A stretch of 64,000 bases of DNA, taken from positions 26,651 through 90,650 of the forward strand of contig JAISJB010000005.1 in assembly GCA_031261715.1 (NCBI GenBank), read 5' to 3'. The translations under genes were made by a program, and so were the position numbers. This stretch comes from Endomicrobium sp. GTDB taxonomy: Bacteria > Elusimicrobiota > Endomicrobiia > Endomicrobiales > Endomicrobiaceae. This document shows positions 31,502 to 41,412 of the stretch, in pieces (position 1 is the stretch's first letter; every line of letters begins with the position of its first letter). Below the pieces are notes generated by a model. The model worked only from the letters and a program-made list of their open reading frames with translations, was not told the origin of the DNA and ran no database searches.

Positions 31502-32686
31502 TTACTTTTTTCGTTTCATATGTATAGCAAGCTTTTTCCCAATATGAAAACATTCTTTTAATTCATTAACTGTTGGATTAAATACAACGCTATAAGCTGA
31601 CTGTAATTTAATAGTATTATTGGCTAATATATTCTCAATGCGTTTAATAGATTCTCCACTCCAACCATATGAACCAAAAGCTAGTGAAAATCTTGCTGTA
31701 CTGTTTATACATTCTATATATTCTAGTATACTAGATATTATAGGTAACATTTGTTTGTTCTTTGTTGAAGAGCCAATTAACCAATATTTTGAATCAAGCA
31801 TATATGCTAAAATATCAGTTTTATCTGTTTTTGTTACATCAAATAAATGAGCTTCTATACCTTCTACAGTTATTCCTTCAAGAAATTGCTTAGCCATTTT
31901 TGCTGTAGAATGCCACATTGATTCATAAATAATAGCAACTTTGTCTTTCAATTTATCAGATGCCCAAGTAATATATTGTTGAATAATTTTTAATGTATTT
32001 TTACGCCAAACTACACCATGACTTGGTGCTATCATTTGTATTTTTAAATCTTTCAGTATATTTAGTTTCTTAATAATAAGTGAATTAAATGGCCATAGTA
32101 TATTTGCATAATATTTTTGTGCTTCAGTTGCTAAAGTTGAGCAACAAACTTCATCATCAAAAATTTTATTAGTTGCATAATGTTGTCCAAAAGCATCATT
32201 TGAAAATAAAATATTATCATATTTAGAATATGTCACCATACTATCTGGCCAATGGATCATAGGAGTTTCAATAAATTTCAAACTTCGTTTTCCTATATTT
32301 AATTCTTGCCCTGAATTAACTATATTCCATTTAATACTATCTATTTCATTATACTTTAAACATCCTAACTTAGCTTTCTGTGACCCATAAACAACAGCAT
32401 TAGGACATAACGCTAATATCCTGGATAGCGAACTAGAATGATCAGGTTCAATATGATTAACTATGATTACATCTATTTTATGTGGATCTATAATTCTTGT
32501 TATGTTTGTAATAAATTGATTCTCAAAACACTTATGAACAGTATCAATTAAAACATTTTTCTGATCAAGAATTAAATAAGCGTTGTATGTTGTTCCTTGT
32601 CTTATAATATATGTTGATTCATGAAAATGTCTGATATTCCAATCAACAACGCCTACAGAATATACATTATCTTTCAATAAATACAA
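31502..32686 (-). CDS. fprA: Flavodiiron protein (FprA; O2/NO reductase)
   Basis: GTTYNAYLI, NHIEPDHS, HWPDSM, SNDAFGQH, APSHG di-iron ligands; flavodoxin domain YESMWHST, FGSYGWSGE; TTG start. Confidence 0.95.
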   Translation of the reverse strand: MYLLKDNVYSVGVVDWNIRHFHESTYIIRQGTTYNAYLILDQKNVLIDTVHKCFENQFITNITRIIDPHKIDVIIVNHIEPDHSSSLSRILALCPNAVVYGSQKAKLGCLKYNEIDSIKWNIVNSGQELNIGKRSLKFIETPMIHWPDSMVTYSKYDNILFSNDAFGQHYATNKIFDDEVCCSTLATEAQKYYANILWPFNSLIIKKLNILKDLKIQMIAPSHGVVWRKNTLKIIQQYITWASDKLKDKVAIIYESMWHSTAKMAKQFLEGITVEGIEAHLFDVTKTDKTDILAYMLDSKYWLIGSSTKNKQMLPIISSILEYIECINSTARFSLAFGSYGWSGESIKRIENILANNTIKLQSAYSVVFNPTVNELKECFHIGKKLAIHMKRKK

Positions 32687-32696
32687 ATTATATACC

Positions 32697-33092
32697 TCAT
32701 TTTTTTAATATATTATCATTTTGATGTTTAGATTTATAATTTTCAATAGCTTTATGTAAGGCATCTGCACCTAAATTAGAACAATGAATTTTATTAGATG
32801 GCAGTCCATCTAATGCTTGTGCTACATCATCATTTGTAAGACATTGTACTTCCTCAAGAGTTTTTCCCAAAACCATCTCTGATACCATAGAAGAAACAGC
32901 TATGGCTGCCCCACAGCCAAAAGTTTGAAATTTAACATCTATAATTCTATTATTGCTAACCTTTATATAAAAAGTCATCATGTCACCACAAATAGGGTTA
33001 CCAACTTCTCCAATACCATCAGCATTTTTTATATATCCAACATTTCTAGGATTCAGAAAATGATTCATAACTTTTTTAGAATAAAATGTCAT
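32697..33092 (-). CDS. iscU: Fe-S scaffold IscU (NifU N-terminal type)
   Basis: HFLNPRNVG, GNPICGD, FGCGAAIA, LPSNKIHCS (three Cys, the Asp and the His retained). Confidence 0.96.
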   Translation of the reverse strand: MTFYSKKVMNHFLNPRNVGYIKNADGIGEVGNPICGDMMTFYIKVSNNRIIDVKFQTFGCGAAIAVSSMVSEMVLGKTLEEVQCLTNDDVAQALDGLPSNKIHCSNLGADALHKAIENYKSKHQNDNILKK

Positions 33093-33115
33093 ATATATTT
33101 ATTTATTAACTCCAC

Positions 33116-34309
33116 TTAATATATTCTTTGACCAGTTTTTATAAAATTCAAATATAGAGAAGATATCTGTCTTAATTTTATGACAAATTTTGTTACTTCT
33201 GTTACAGTATACTCAACTTCTTCTAAAGTATTAAATTTTGATAGGTTAAATATAATTGTCCCTTGTCTAAGTACTTTATTTAAACCTATTGCTTGTAATA
33301 CATACGATCCCTTTAAGTTATTACTAGCGCAAGCTGAACCGCTTGATACCATAATTCCTATAGAATCTAATAACAATAATAATGACTCTCCTTCAATAAA
33401 TTCTATAGATACATTTAGATTACACGATAATCTAAATTTAGTTATTGGGCCATTTAAATAAACATGATCTATTTTGTTAGTAATTTCATGAAAAATTTTA
33501 TTTCTTAATGTACTAACAATTTTAATATTTTGTTTATATTCTCTTTTAGCTATTTCACAAGCCTTTCCAAAACCTACAATTGCTGGAATATTTTCAGTTC
33601 CAGAACGTTTTGATAATTCTTGTATGCCACCTTCTATTTGTGGAATTATATTAAGCCCTTTTTTAATATATAAAGCAGCAACTCCTTTAGGGCCATGTAT
33701 AACTGAACTCGCTATAGTTAACATATCAACATTTAAATCCTTCACATCAATGTTAACTTGGCCACATGCACTTACTGCATCTGTATGAAAAATAATATTA
33801 GCATATGATTTAACTGTTGATACAATTTTTTTAATATCTTGTATTGTGCCAATTTCTGGATTTACATATTGTATAGATATTAAAATAGTATTTTTGTTTA
33901 TAGCATGTTGTAACTCTAAACAATCAACATAACCGTATTTATCAACATGTAAAAATGTGACCATAAATCCACGTTTAGCAAGTTTTTCAAGTGGTTTTAA
34001 TATTGATATATGTTCTACGGATGATGTAATTATATGATTCCCATTTGCTTGTAATGCTTCAACCCCACCTTTAATAGCTAAATTATTAGATTCTGTTCCA
34101 CATGATGTGAAAATAATCTCTTCTGGTTCTGCATTAATTAACGCTGCTACTTGTTTCCTAGCTATATTCATAGCATTTTGAGTTATTGATCCTAATGAAT
34201 GAATACTTTGTGGAATACCATAATAATTAACAAAAAAAGGTAACATGACATCCAAAACACGATCCTCAAGTTTACTACTAGCTTGATTATCAAAGTATAT
34301 ACTGTTCAT
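33116..34309 (-). CDS. iscS: IscS/NifS-family protein lacking the PLP-binding lysine
   Basis: FTSCGTESNN, VEH, EIGTIQ, GPKG, RSGTEN, SSGSAC; the SxHK motif is replaced by ASSV. Confidence 0.92.
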   Translation of the reverse strand: MNSIYFDNQASSKLEDRVLDVMLPFFVNYYGIPQSIHSLGSITQNAMNIARKQVAALINAEPEEIIFTSCGTESNNLAIKGGVEALQANGNHIITSSVEHISILKPLEKLAKRGFMVTFLHVDKYGYVDCLELQHAINKNTILISIQYVNPEIGTIQDIKKIVSTVKSYANIIFHTDAVSACGQVNIDVKDLNVDMLTIASSVIHGPKGVAALYIKKGLNIIPQIEGGIQELSKRSGTENIPAIVGFGKACEIAKREYKQNIKIVSTLRNKIFHEITNKIDHVYLNGPITKFRLSCNLNVSIEFIEGESLLLLLDSIGIMVSSGSACASNNLKGSYVLQAIGLNKVLRQGTIIFNLSKFNTLEEVEYTVTEVTKFVIKLRQISSLYLNFIKTGQRIY

Positions 34310-34324
34310 ATGCCCTTAATAAAT

Positions 34325-34486
34325 TTATATTACATTTTCAAATGCATTTTTTTGAGCGCCACATACAGGACATACCCAATCTTCTGGTAATTGTTCAAAA
34401 GATGTTCCAGCCTTTATATTACCATCTGGAATTCCTAAGCTAGAATCATATGTATAACCACATGCCATACATACCCATTTATCCAT
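34325..34486 (-). CDS. Rubredoxin
   Basis: [14 protein letters not shown]...[11 protein letters not shown]; start moved to ATG 34486 behind SD GGAGA. Confidence 0.96.
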   Translation of the reverse strand: MDKWVCMACGYTYDSSLGIPDGNIKAGTSFEQLPEDWVCPVCGAQKNAFENVI

Positions 34487-34522
34487 ACTATTTCTCCAAA
34501 TAATTTTATTGTTTACAATACA

Positions 34523-34551
34523 TTTGTACATCTTTTTTAAATATTTTGCAA
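34523..34551 (-). promoter_or_regulatory. Candidate sigma70 promoter of the rubredoxin-iscS-iscU-fprA cluster
   Basis: TTGCAA-17 bp-TACAAA on the minus strand; the AT-rich background lowers specificity. Confidence 0.4.
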
Positions 34552-34583
34552 ATCATATTTTTATTAATTTTATTGAAAAGTTG

Positions 34584-34607
34584 AACTATTATTTGTAAAT
34601 AATAGTT
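34584..34607. repeat. Perfect 11-2-11 inverted repeat (operator or lpxK terminator)
   Basis: AACTATTATTT-GT-AAATAATAGTT between the lpxK stop and the rubredoxin promoter. Confidence 0.6.
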
Positions 34608-34632
34608 TTGAACAGAATTAATTTCATATTAT

Positions 34633-35655
34633 TTATGAATGGTGTATTATTTGTAATATTGTTTTTTCCCATTCAGTAATACCAGACAGAAATATAGGTT
34701 GTACACTTAATACAACAATGTGTTTTTTAAAGATAGGATCAATATTTTGCATTTTAATTGCGTCTTTCTCTGTAACTATAAAATATGCATTATCTATTTT
34801 TGATTTAATTACTTTATTTAACAAATTATTACAGTAGTACTGATGATCTCTTAATCTAATTGATGATTCTAATTGAATCCCTGATTTTTTAATAGAATTG
34901 TGAAACCCTTCAGAAAAACCTATACCACTCAATGCATAATTTTTAGATTTTTTATTTAGTAATAACTCTAAGTTAAAATCTTTGCATAAATCAATTTGTT
35001 TGTACTTAAAATTTCCATAATAAGTAGTTACAGGTTTTTTGTCACACAATTTTATTATTAATTGCTTAAGATGTACAAGTTTAAGATATGGGATCATATC
35101 TGAATTTGTAATAACTATAAGTTGAGCTCTCTTTAAAGAATTAGGACGTTCACGTAATATACCTGCTGGAAGAAGCAAGCCATTCCCAAAAGGGTTAAAT
35201 GCATTTAAACAAACTATATCTAGATTCCTATAAATATTCCAATGTTGAAATCCATCATCCAATATATATATATCAGGTTGTAGTTGTTCCATAAACCTTA
35301 ATGCGTTCTTATATCGATTATGGCCAACAAGAACAACAGATTTTGGAACACTTCTAGCTATTAAGAGTGGTTCATCACCACTGTCATATACATTAATATT
35401 AACAGCTCCATTCTTTAATAGAATTGTTTTTTTACCTTTTCTATAATAACCTCTTGTTAGTACAACAGGTTTTAAATTATTTTTGAGTAGTAATTTTAAT
35501 AGTGTAATTACAATAGGAGTTTTTCCGTTACCACCACATGTAATGTTACCAATACTGATAACTGGTTTATCAAGCTTTTTAGGTGTATGGCAATATTTAT
35601 CAATTTTCAGTAAAATACTATATATAACAGATAGAGGATATAATATCTTCTTCAC
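34633..35655 (-). CDS. lpxK: Tetraacyldisaccharide 4'-kinase
   Basis: PVISIGNITCGGNGKTP, TRGY, GDEPLL, LDDGFQH, LLPAGILRE, VTEKDAIK. Confidence 0.96.
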   Translation of the reverse strand: MKKILYPLSVIYSILLKIDKYCHTPKKLDKPVISIGNITCGGNGKTPIVITLLKLLLKNNLKPVVLTRGYYRKGKKTILLKNGAVNINVYDSGDEPLLIARSVPKSVVLVGHNRYKNALRFMEQLQPDIYILDDGFQHWNIYRNLDIVCLNAFNPFGNGLLLPAGILRERPNSLKRAQLIVITNSDMIPYLKLVHLKQLIIKLCDKKPVTTYYGNFKYKQIDLCKDFNLELLLNKKSKNYALSGIGFSEGFHNSIKKSGIQLESSIRLRDHQYYCNNLLNKVIKSKIDNAYFIVTEKDAIKMQNIDPIFKKHIVVLSVQPIFLSGITEWEKTILQIIHHS

Positions 35656-35688
35656 ATATTTGTCCTATATAAACAGTATTGATTAAAA

Positions 35689-37143
35689 TTAGATCTTATT
35701 TACTGAGTTTTTTAGTAGCTCTTTTATAATTTTTACAACAAGTTGTGGATTTGCTTTTCCTTTAGATTTTTTCATTACTGTCCCTACTATATAATCTATT
35801 GCTTTTACTTTACCAGTTTGAAATTCAAATGCTGCTTTACTGTTTTCTTTAATAGATTCATTACATAACGCAATTATAATTGATTCATTAGAAATTTGTT
35901 TCATATTCATTTTATTTATTAATGTTACAGGATCAATAGATGTTTTGTACATTTCAACAAAAATTTGTTTTGCTATTTTCCCTGAAATTTTTCCACTGAT
36001 AATTAGATCTATTAATTTAGCTAAATTTTCACTTGTAACAGGAGATTTATCAATATTCAACTTAGACACATTTAATTTTGATATTAATTCTGTAGCAATC
36101 CAATTAGCTAATAGTTTTGGTGCAATCTTGTTATTTTTAGAAAATTTTACAGCTTTTTCATAATAATCTGCTAATAATTTTGTTGAAGTTAGGTAACTTG
36201 CATCATAAGCGTTTAATTGATAACTTACCATAAATCGTTGTTTTCGTAAATAAGGAAGTTCTGGAATTTCTTTATATAATTTAGTAATCAACGTATCGTT
36301 TAAATTTAAAGGTATTAAATTTGGTTCTGTAAAATATCTATAATCTAAACAATTTTCCTTAGGACGAGTAGATTTGGTTATATTTAATTTACTATCCCAC
36401 GCTCTAGTTTCTTGTACAACTTTCCCACCATCTGTAAGCGTCTTAATTTGTCTTGCATATTCATAATTAATAGCATCTTGTACAGCAGATATAGAATTTA
36501 AATTTTTGATTTCTACCTTAGTTCCTAATGTTTGTTGATTTACTTGTCGTATACTTATATTAACATCGCATCTCATTTGACCTTGCTCCATATTACACTG
36601 AGAAGTTGCTAAGTATTCAACTATATCTTTTAATGTGTTTAAAAATATAAATGATTCTTCAGCAGAATGTAGTTCTGGAGATGTTACAAGTTCCATTAAA
36701 CCAATTCCAGCTCTATTTAAATCAAGTAAAGAATAGTTATCTTTATGTATTAGCTTCCCAGCGTCTTCTTCTAAATGTATTCTTTGTATATTAATAATTT
36801 TCTCTTTGTCTTTATATATAAATTTAAGTGTACCGTTATAACATAATGGTAGTGAAAACTGAGTTATTTGATAATTTTTTGGCAAGTCAGGATAAAAATA
36901 TTGTTTTCTTGAAAAATTAGATGCTACGTTTATCTTACAATTTAATGCAAGTCCTGTTTTAACAACTGCTTCAATAGCTTGTTTATTCAATAAAGGCAAA
37001 GCCCCGGGTTGAGATGTACAAATAACACAAGTATTGCTATTAGGTTGACATCCAAAATCAGTAGAACACTCACAAAAAATTTTAGATTTTGTATTAATTT
37101 GCATGTGAACTTCAAGCCCAATCATTGTTTCATATTTTTCCAT
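35689..37143 (-). CDS. gatB: Asp/Glu-tRNA amidotransferase subunit B
   Basis: [42 protein letters not shown]; likely start MEKYE at 37143. Confidence 0.97.
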   Translation of the reverse strand: MEKYETMIGLEVHMQINTKSKIFCECSTDFGCQPNSNTCVICTSQPGALPLLNKQAIEAVVKTGLALNCKINVASNFSRKQYFYPDLPKNYQITQFSLPLCYNGTLKFIYKDKEKIINIQRIHLEEDAGKLIHKDNYSLLDLNRAGIGLMELVTSPELHSAEESFIFLNTLKDIVEYLATSQCNMEQGQMRCDVNISIRQVNQQTLGTKVEIKNLNSISAVQDAINYEYARQIKTLTDGGKVVQETRAWDSKLNITKSTRPKENCLDYRYFTEPNLIPLNLNDTLITKLYKEIPELPYLRKQRFMVSYQLNAYDASYLTSTKLLADYYEKAVKFSKNNKIAPKLLANWIATELISKLNVSKLNIDKSPVTSENLAKLIDLIISGKISGKIAKQIFVEMYKTSIDPVTLINKMNMKQISNESIIIALCNESIKENSKAAFEFQTGKVKAIDYIVGTVMKKSKGKANPQLVVKIIKELLKNSVNKI

Positions 37144-37168
37144 TTCATTATTAACCTTATTTATTTTA

Positions 37169-38629
37169 TTATTTAATATCAGGATATTTACTAGCATTAA
37201 AGCCTGACAATTGTTCAAATATGTAAGCCATTTGTAACAGTTGTATATCAGAAAATCGTGATCCCATAAAATGCATTCCTATAGGTAGCCCTAAATATTT
37301 AGTGAAAGCATATGGGACTGTAATTCCAGGTAACCCAGCTAAATTAGCCACTATAAGAAATATATCACATTCGTCTGAAAGCATTTCACCTAACTTTACA
37401 GGCATTTGTAAAACAGCCGGTGAAAATATGAAATCACATTTTTTGTATGCATCCTGTAGTTGTTCAATAAGTATTGTTCTCACCTTTTGAGCTTGATAAT
37501 AATATTTTTGATAATTTTGTGCACTCAACACATATGTTCCGAACATTATTCGTTTTTTAACTTCGTATCCAAGTGATTCTGCTCTAGAATAAGAATATAC
37601 ATCATTTAAATCAAACCCTTTATGTGATCTATACCCATAACGAATGCCATCAAATGTAGCTATATTTGATGAAACTTCAGCACACATAATAACTTTATAT
37701 AAAGCTGAGACATATTTATAAGCAGGGACATTTATTTCTATTATTTTTAATTTGCCTATGTTTTCCATCTTATTAATAGCTTCATTAAATAATTGTAGTA
37801 TTTCTTTATCTATATTAAAATTCATAATTTGTTTAGGAATACCTATTATAAAATTTTTGCGATTGTACGTAGATAAGTTACATTCTTTAAAACAATTTAT
37901 CTTTTCTGATGTAGGATCTCTATGATCATATCCTATTAAATGGCTTGCAAGAGAAACTGTATCCTGTATACTTTTTGCAAATATACCAATTTGATCAAAA
38001 GATGATGCTAGGGCACAAATACCATATCTACTTATTAAACCATATGAAGGTTTATAACCTACAATTCCACAAAAACTTGCTGGTTGTCTAACTGATCCAC
38101 CTGTATCAGTCCCTAAAGCAATAGGCACCATTCCTGCGCTAACAGCTACAGCACTACCACCTGAAGAGCCTCCAGGAATATACTCAAAATTCCATGGATT
38201 AACGGTTTGTTGATAAATAGATGTCTCTGTAGTACAGCCCATAGCAAATTCATCCATATTCGTTCTACCTATACAAATAATATTGATTTTTTTAAGTTTG
38301 TTTATAACAGTAGCATTATATGGTGCAATATAATTTAAAAGGTACTTTGATGCAGAAGTCATTGGTTCATTTTGAATCATAATATTATCTTTAATTCCAA
38401 TAGGTATTCCTGCTAATAATTCAATGTGTTCTCCATTTTGAATTTTTTTATCTATCTGTTCTGCCAGATGAATAGAAGCAGTTTCATTTAAATACACAAA
38501 TGCTTTTAACTTTAAATTAAGTTGTTTAATATGTGTTATATAAGTATTAATAATATCTACACTTTTAACATTACCAAAATTCATATTTAAATATAAATTC
38601 TTGATACTAGTATTTATAATGTTATTCAT
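37169..38629 (-). CDS. gatA: Asp/Glu-tRNA amidotransferase subunit A
   Basis: [41 protein letters not shown] amidase signature; start at 38629 or 38641. Confidence 0.97.
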   Translation of the reverse strand: MNNIINTSIKNLYLNMNFGNVKSVDIINTYITHIKQLNLKLKAFVYLNETASIHLAEQIDKKIQNGEHIELLAGIPIGIKDNIMIQNEPMTSASKYLLNYIAPYNATVINKLKKINIICIGRTNMDEFAMGCTTETSIYQQTVNPWNFEYIPGGSSGGSAVAVSAGMVPIALGTDTGGSVRQPASFCGIVGYKPSYGLISRYGICALASSFDQIGIFAKSIQDTVSLASHLIGYDHRDPTSEKINCFKECNLSTYNRKNFIIGIPKQIMNFNIDKEILQLFNEAINKMENIGKLKIIEINVPAYKYVSALYKVIMCAEVSSNIATFDGIRYGYRSHKGFDLNDVYSYSRAESLGYEVKKRIMFGTYVLSAQNYQKYYYQAQKVRTILIEQLQDAYKKCDFIFSPAVLQMPVKLGEMLSDECDIFLIVANLAGLPGITVPYAFTKYLGLPIGMHFMGSRFSDIQLLQMAYIFEQLSGFNASKYPDIK

Positions 38630-38631
38630 TT

Positions 38632-39624
38632 TTAAAACCATTTTTTCCTTTTAAAATATATTAACATACTTATTATTGTTATAAGCATTAATGACATAGC
38701 AAAAAACCAAGCGTTCTCTCTTCCCAAAACTTTATATTCTGGAAACACTAAATTCATACCATAATAACCAGACACAATTAGAACAGGCATTACTATTGTT
38801 GCTATGATAGTTAATAATTTCATAATTTCACTTAACCTTAAAGTTACACTTGACATATAGACTTCAAGTAAACTTACTACCATTTGACTTCTCATAAGTA
38901 TTGATTGGTAAACTCTAGAATACTGAATATAAATATCTCTAAAATAAACTAAGTAATCACCTGATATTAAATTAGTATTGTGTCTTGTAAAATAAACATA
39001 TACAGATTGTTGAGCTTCAACTGTTTTTTTCATTAAAAATAACACCTTTTTATTGTTTAATATTTGTTCTATATTTGCAGATTCTGGATTTTTAAGAATC
39101 TTTTCTTCTAATAATTCCAATTTATCATCTATTTTATCTAAGACAAGTTCATAACTAGATAATACCTTACTAAAGATGTTATAAAGCATAGTTTCAATGC
39201 TTTTTGCTGTCATTAATGGTTTAATTTTAGTATTTTCGAAAAGTTTTTCAAGAAAAAATAATTCTTCTGTATGTACTGTAATTATAAAATTTTGCCCAAC
39301 AAAAAAATTAATTTCATAAATACTATCTTCTAAATTATTGAAATACGTTGGTTTTAATTCTACTCCATGTATAGCGATAAAAATATAATTAATAAATTCT
39401 TCAATTTTTGGATAATACTGTGGAAATAAACAATCCTCTATAGACATTTCATGAAATTTAAATGACTTACAAAGGAGTTGCATTTCATCAAAGCTTAATT
39501 CATGATTTTCTAAATTAATATCAATCCATATAAAATCTGGATTTTTAGTTACAGCTTCAGCAATCTTAGTTGCATTATTATTACTTATAATATTATTGTT
39601 TAAAAAATATATTGATTTAATCAT
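38632..39624 (-). CDS. corA: CorA family Mg2+/Co2+ transporter
   Basis: FHEMSIEDC, YFRDIY, MKLLTIIAT, YYGMN signature, two C-terminal TMs, KRKKWF end. Confidence 0.95.
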   Translation of the reverse strand: MIKSIYFLNNNIISNNNATKIAEAVTKNPDFIWIDINLENHELSFDEMQLLCKSFKFHEMSIEDCLFPQYYPKIEEFINYIFIAIHGVELKPTYFNNLEDSIYEINFFVGQNFIITVHTEELFFLEKLFENTKIKPLMTAKSIETMLYNIFSKVLSSYELVLDKIDDKLELLEEKILKNPESANIEQILNNKKVLFLMKKTVEAQQSVYVYFTRHNTNLISGDYLVYFRDIYIQYSRVYQSILMRSQMVVSLLEVYMSSVTLRLSEIMKLLTIIATIVMPVLIVSGYYGMNLVFPEYKVLGRENAWFFAMSLMLITIISMLIYFKRKKWF

Positions 39625-39631
39625 AATTATT

Positions 39632-39925
39632 TTATATATTCAAAACTTTTCTAATTTTATAAAAACAATTTTCTGCTTCAGGAGCATTATTAAATAATAT
39701 TTTTTTTACGCTATTTGTTGATGATTTGACTGTATCTTGTCTCCAAATATTTCTCATAGATGTCATATGTGTTGTAGGTATTACGTTATCTGTATTAACT
39801 TCTTGTAAGATGTTAACAGCAGTTACCATTTTATTTAAATCTGTAATATACTTATTAACTTCTTGTTCATTTACATATATTCTTGATAGAAAAGCAATAT
39901 TATTAAATTCACATTTTTTTATCAT
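39632..39925 (-). CDS. gatC: Asp/Glu-tRNA amidotransferase subunit C
   Basis: IAFLSRI, LQEVNTDNVIPT, WRQD, NAPE..FYKIRKVL. Confidence 0.93.
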   Translation of the reverse strand: MIKKCEFNNIAFLSRIYVNEQEVNKYITDLNKMVTAVNILQEVNTDNVIPTTHMTSMRNIWRQDTVKSSTNSVKKILFNNAPEAENCFYKIRKVLNI

Positions 39926-40012
39926 TTATATTATAAATCCTCCAATCAATTATTATATTACTTGTTATTATAAAAATGTTTATATAATATATATTATAGA
40001 ACTTATTTACTT

Positions 40013-41083
40013 ATGAAAAATATTATTCGAATATTAACTTTAATTTTTATAATAACAACTGCAAAACAAAGTTTTGTACTTGCTAATGATATTAGTTTAC
40101 ATAATTTTTTTCAATATAAGGTTGATGGTGGCACAACATTTACTTATTATTGTATGCCACAACTCAATAGCAACTATTTAATTTATTCCTTTGATATAAA
40201 ATTTATTAAATTATTAAATCATAGTAGTAAAATAATTTTATGTCTAGAAGGAACAGGTAATGTTGTTTATGCATATACTAATATAAATGATATTGTAAAG
40301 TTACAAAACAGATGTCTTAATTTAAAAATTTCTAAATTGTTTTACGAAACAATCTTATGTCATAATAGAATTACTGTGACTGTTGGCAAAATTGGGTTCT
40401 TTTCCTATTTTGCAAAAAATGCTTATGCAGGCAACGAAACAACTCAATTTATAACTGGAATGTTTTCTAAAGATCAATTAGTAGATGTTCCAAAAGAACC
40501 GTGTGCAGTAAGAACAAATTATGTTCTATCTAAAAAGATTAATCTTGATTATGCTTATTATTTATCAGAATTAAATAGTTTAAATGCATTGCAAGGGACT
40601 TATACTGATACTACTACTAATTACAGAATATATTCGTGGCGTAGTAATTATATCAACATTAATGGCAAACAACATTATCTATATGGCTATGGTACTAGTA
40701 TTGATAAAACAATCAATGAGAAATTTGGTATATTTTATAGATTCTGTCATAAAAATTCTGATACTATTAAACAACAAGGTTTCTGTAAACTTCCTGTATC
40801 ACATTTATGGAGTATTGGCGCGCAGTTTAAAAATAGAGTTCATGATGTACTTGGATTAGCCATTGGTAAAATTTATGTAGATAATAAAAAATTGAGCTAC
40901 AATGCACTAATAGCCATTCCCTATGCAAACAACATCACCGCAACACAAATAGAACTCTATTACAATTTTAAATTAAACAATTCCATCCATATAAGCCCTA
41001 TCATACAATCCTTTGTTAAACAAGCACATAAAAACACAAATACATTATTTGTTTACGGAATTAGAACACGTATATCATTCTAA
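40013..41083 (+). CDS. Outer-membrane beta-barrel, OprB/carbohydrate-porin-like
   Basis: Signal peptide, TVTVGKI...NETTQF, IELYYNFKLNNSIHISPIIQ, terminal GIRTRISF beta-signal. Confidence 0.75.
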   Translation: MKNIIRILTLIFIITTAKQSFVLANDISLHNFFQYKVDGGTTFTYYCMPQLNSNYLIYSFDIKFIKLLNHSSKIILCLEGTGNVVYAYTNINDIVKLQNRCLNLKISKLFYETILCHNRITVTVGKIGFFSYFAKNAYAGNETTQFITGMFSKDQLVDVPKEPCAVRTNYVLSKKINLDYAYYLSELNSLNALQGTYTDTTTNYRIYSWRSNYININGKQHYLYGYGTSIDKTINEKFGIFYRFCHKNSDTIKQQGFCKLPVSHLWSIGAQFKNRVHDVLGLAIGKIYVDNKKLSYNALIAIPYANNITATQIELYYNFKLNNSIHISPIIQSFVKQAHKNTNTLFVYGIRTRISF

Positions 41084-41133
41084 CGTAACATAAATCAGTC
41101 TTACTTGTAAAACTTTTGATTTATGTTACGTTA
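41081..41133. terminator. Long hairpin between convergent genes (bidirectional terminator-like)
   Basis: Perfect 17-bp inverted repeat TAACGTAACATAAATCA (41081-41097) / TGATTTATGTTACGTTA (41117-41133), with an inner TTAC-TT-GTAA dyad. Confidence 0.75.
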
Positions 41134-41144
41134 AGAAAATATTT

Positions 41145-41375
41145 TTATTTTGTTGTGTTTTGTGGTTCAGAATTTGTTGTAGATGTTATTGTATCAGTAG
41201 CTGCAGTTGCATTAGTAGCAGTAGCATTATTTGAATTATTTTCTCCTGCAATTTCAGTAGTAGCAGTGTCTTCAGTATTTTCTGACACATTTTTAACTTT
41301 TTTACCACAGGCAAATAATGCAAAACTAAATGCTGTAAAAAATGTAGTAAACAGTACGAATTTTTTCATATCCAA
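41145..41375 (-). CDS. Small Thr/Asn/Ala-rich lipoprotein
   Basis: MKK, hydrophobic core and LFAC lipobox, low-complexity mature part, SD AAGGAG. Confidence 0.85.
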   Translation of the reverse strand: MDMKKFVLFTTFFTAFSFALFACGKKVKNVSENTEDTATTEIAGENNSNNATATNATAATDTITSTTNSEPQNTTK

Positions 41376-41412
41376 TTCTCCTTTTATTAAATTTGAATAA
41401 ACCCTGCTCTTA

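Noticed and set aside
31488-31553. N-terminal extension of SecG in the ORF track
   Set aside because: Overlaps fprA; a TTG at 31487 gives a typical SecG length.
37144-37218. N-terminal extension of GatB in the ORF track (likewise rubredoxin 34487-34531)
   Set aside because: Family-typical starts with SD-like sequences lie downstream (37143 and 34486).
41116-41400. 94-aa hydrophobic plus-strand ORF
   Set aside because: Antisense mirror of the lipoprotein gene, which has the SD, lipobox and promoter.
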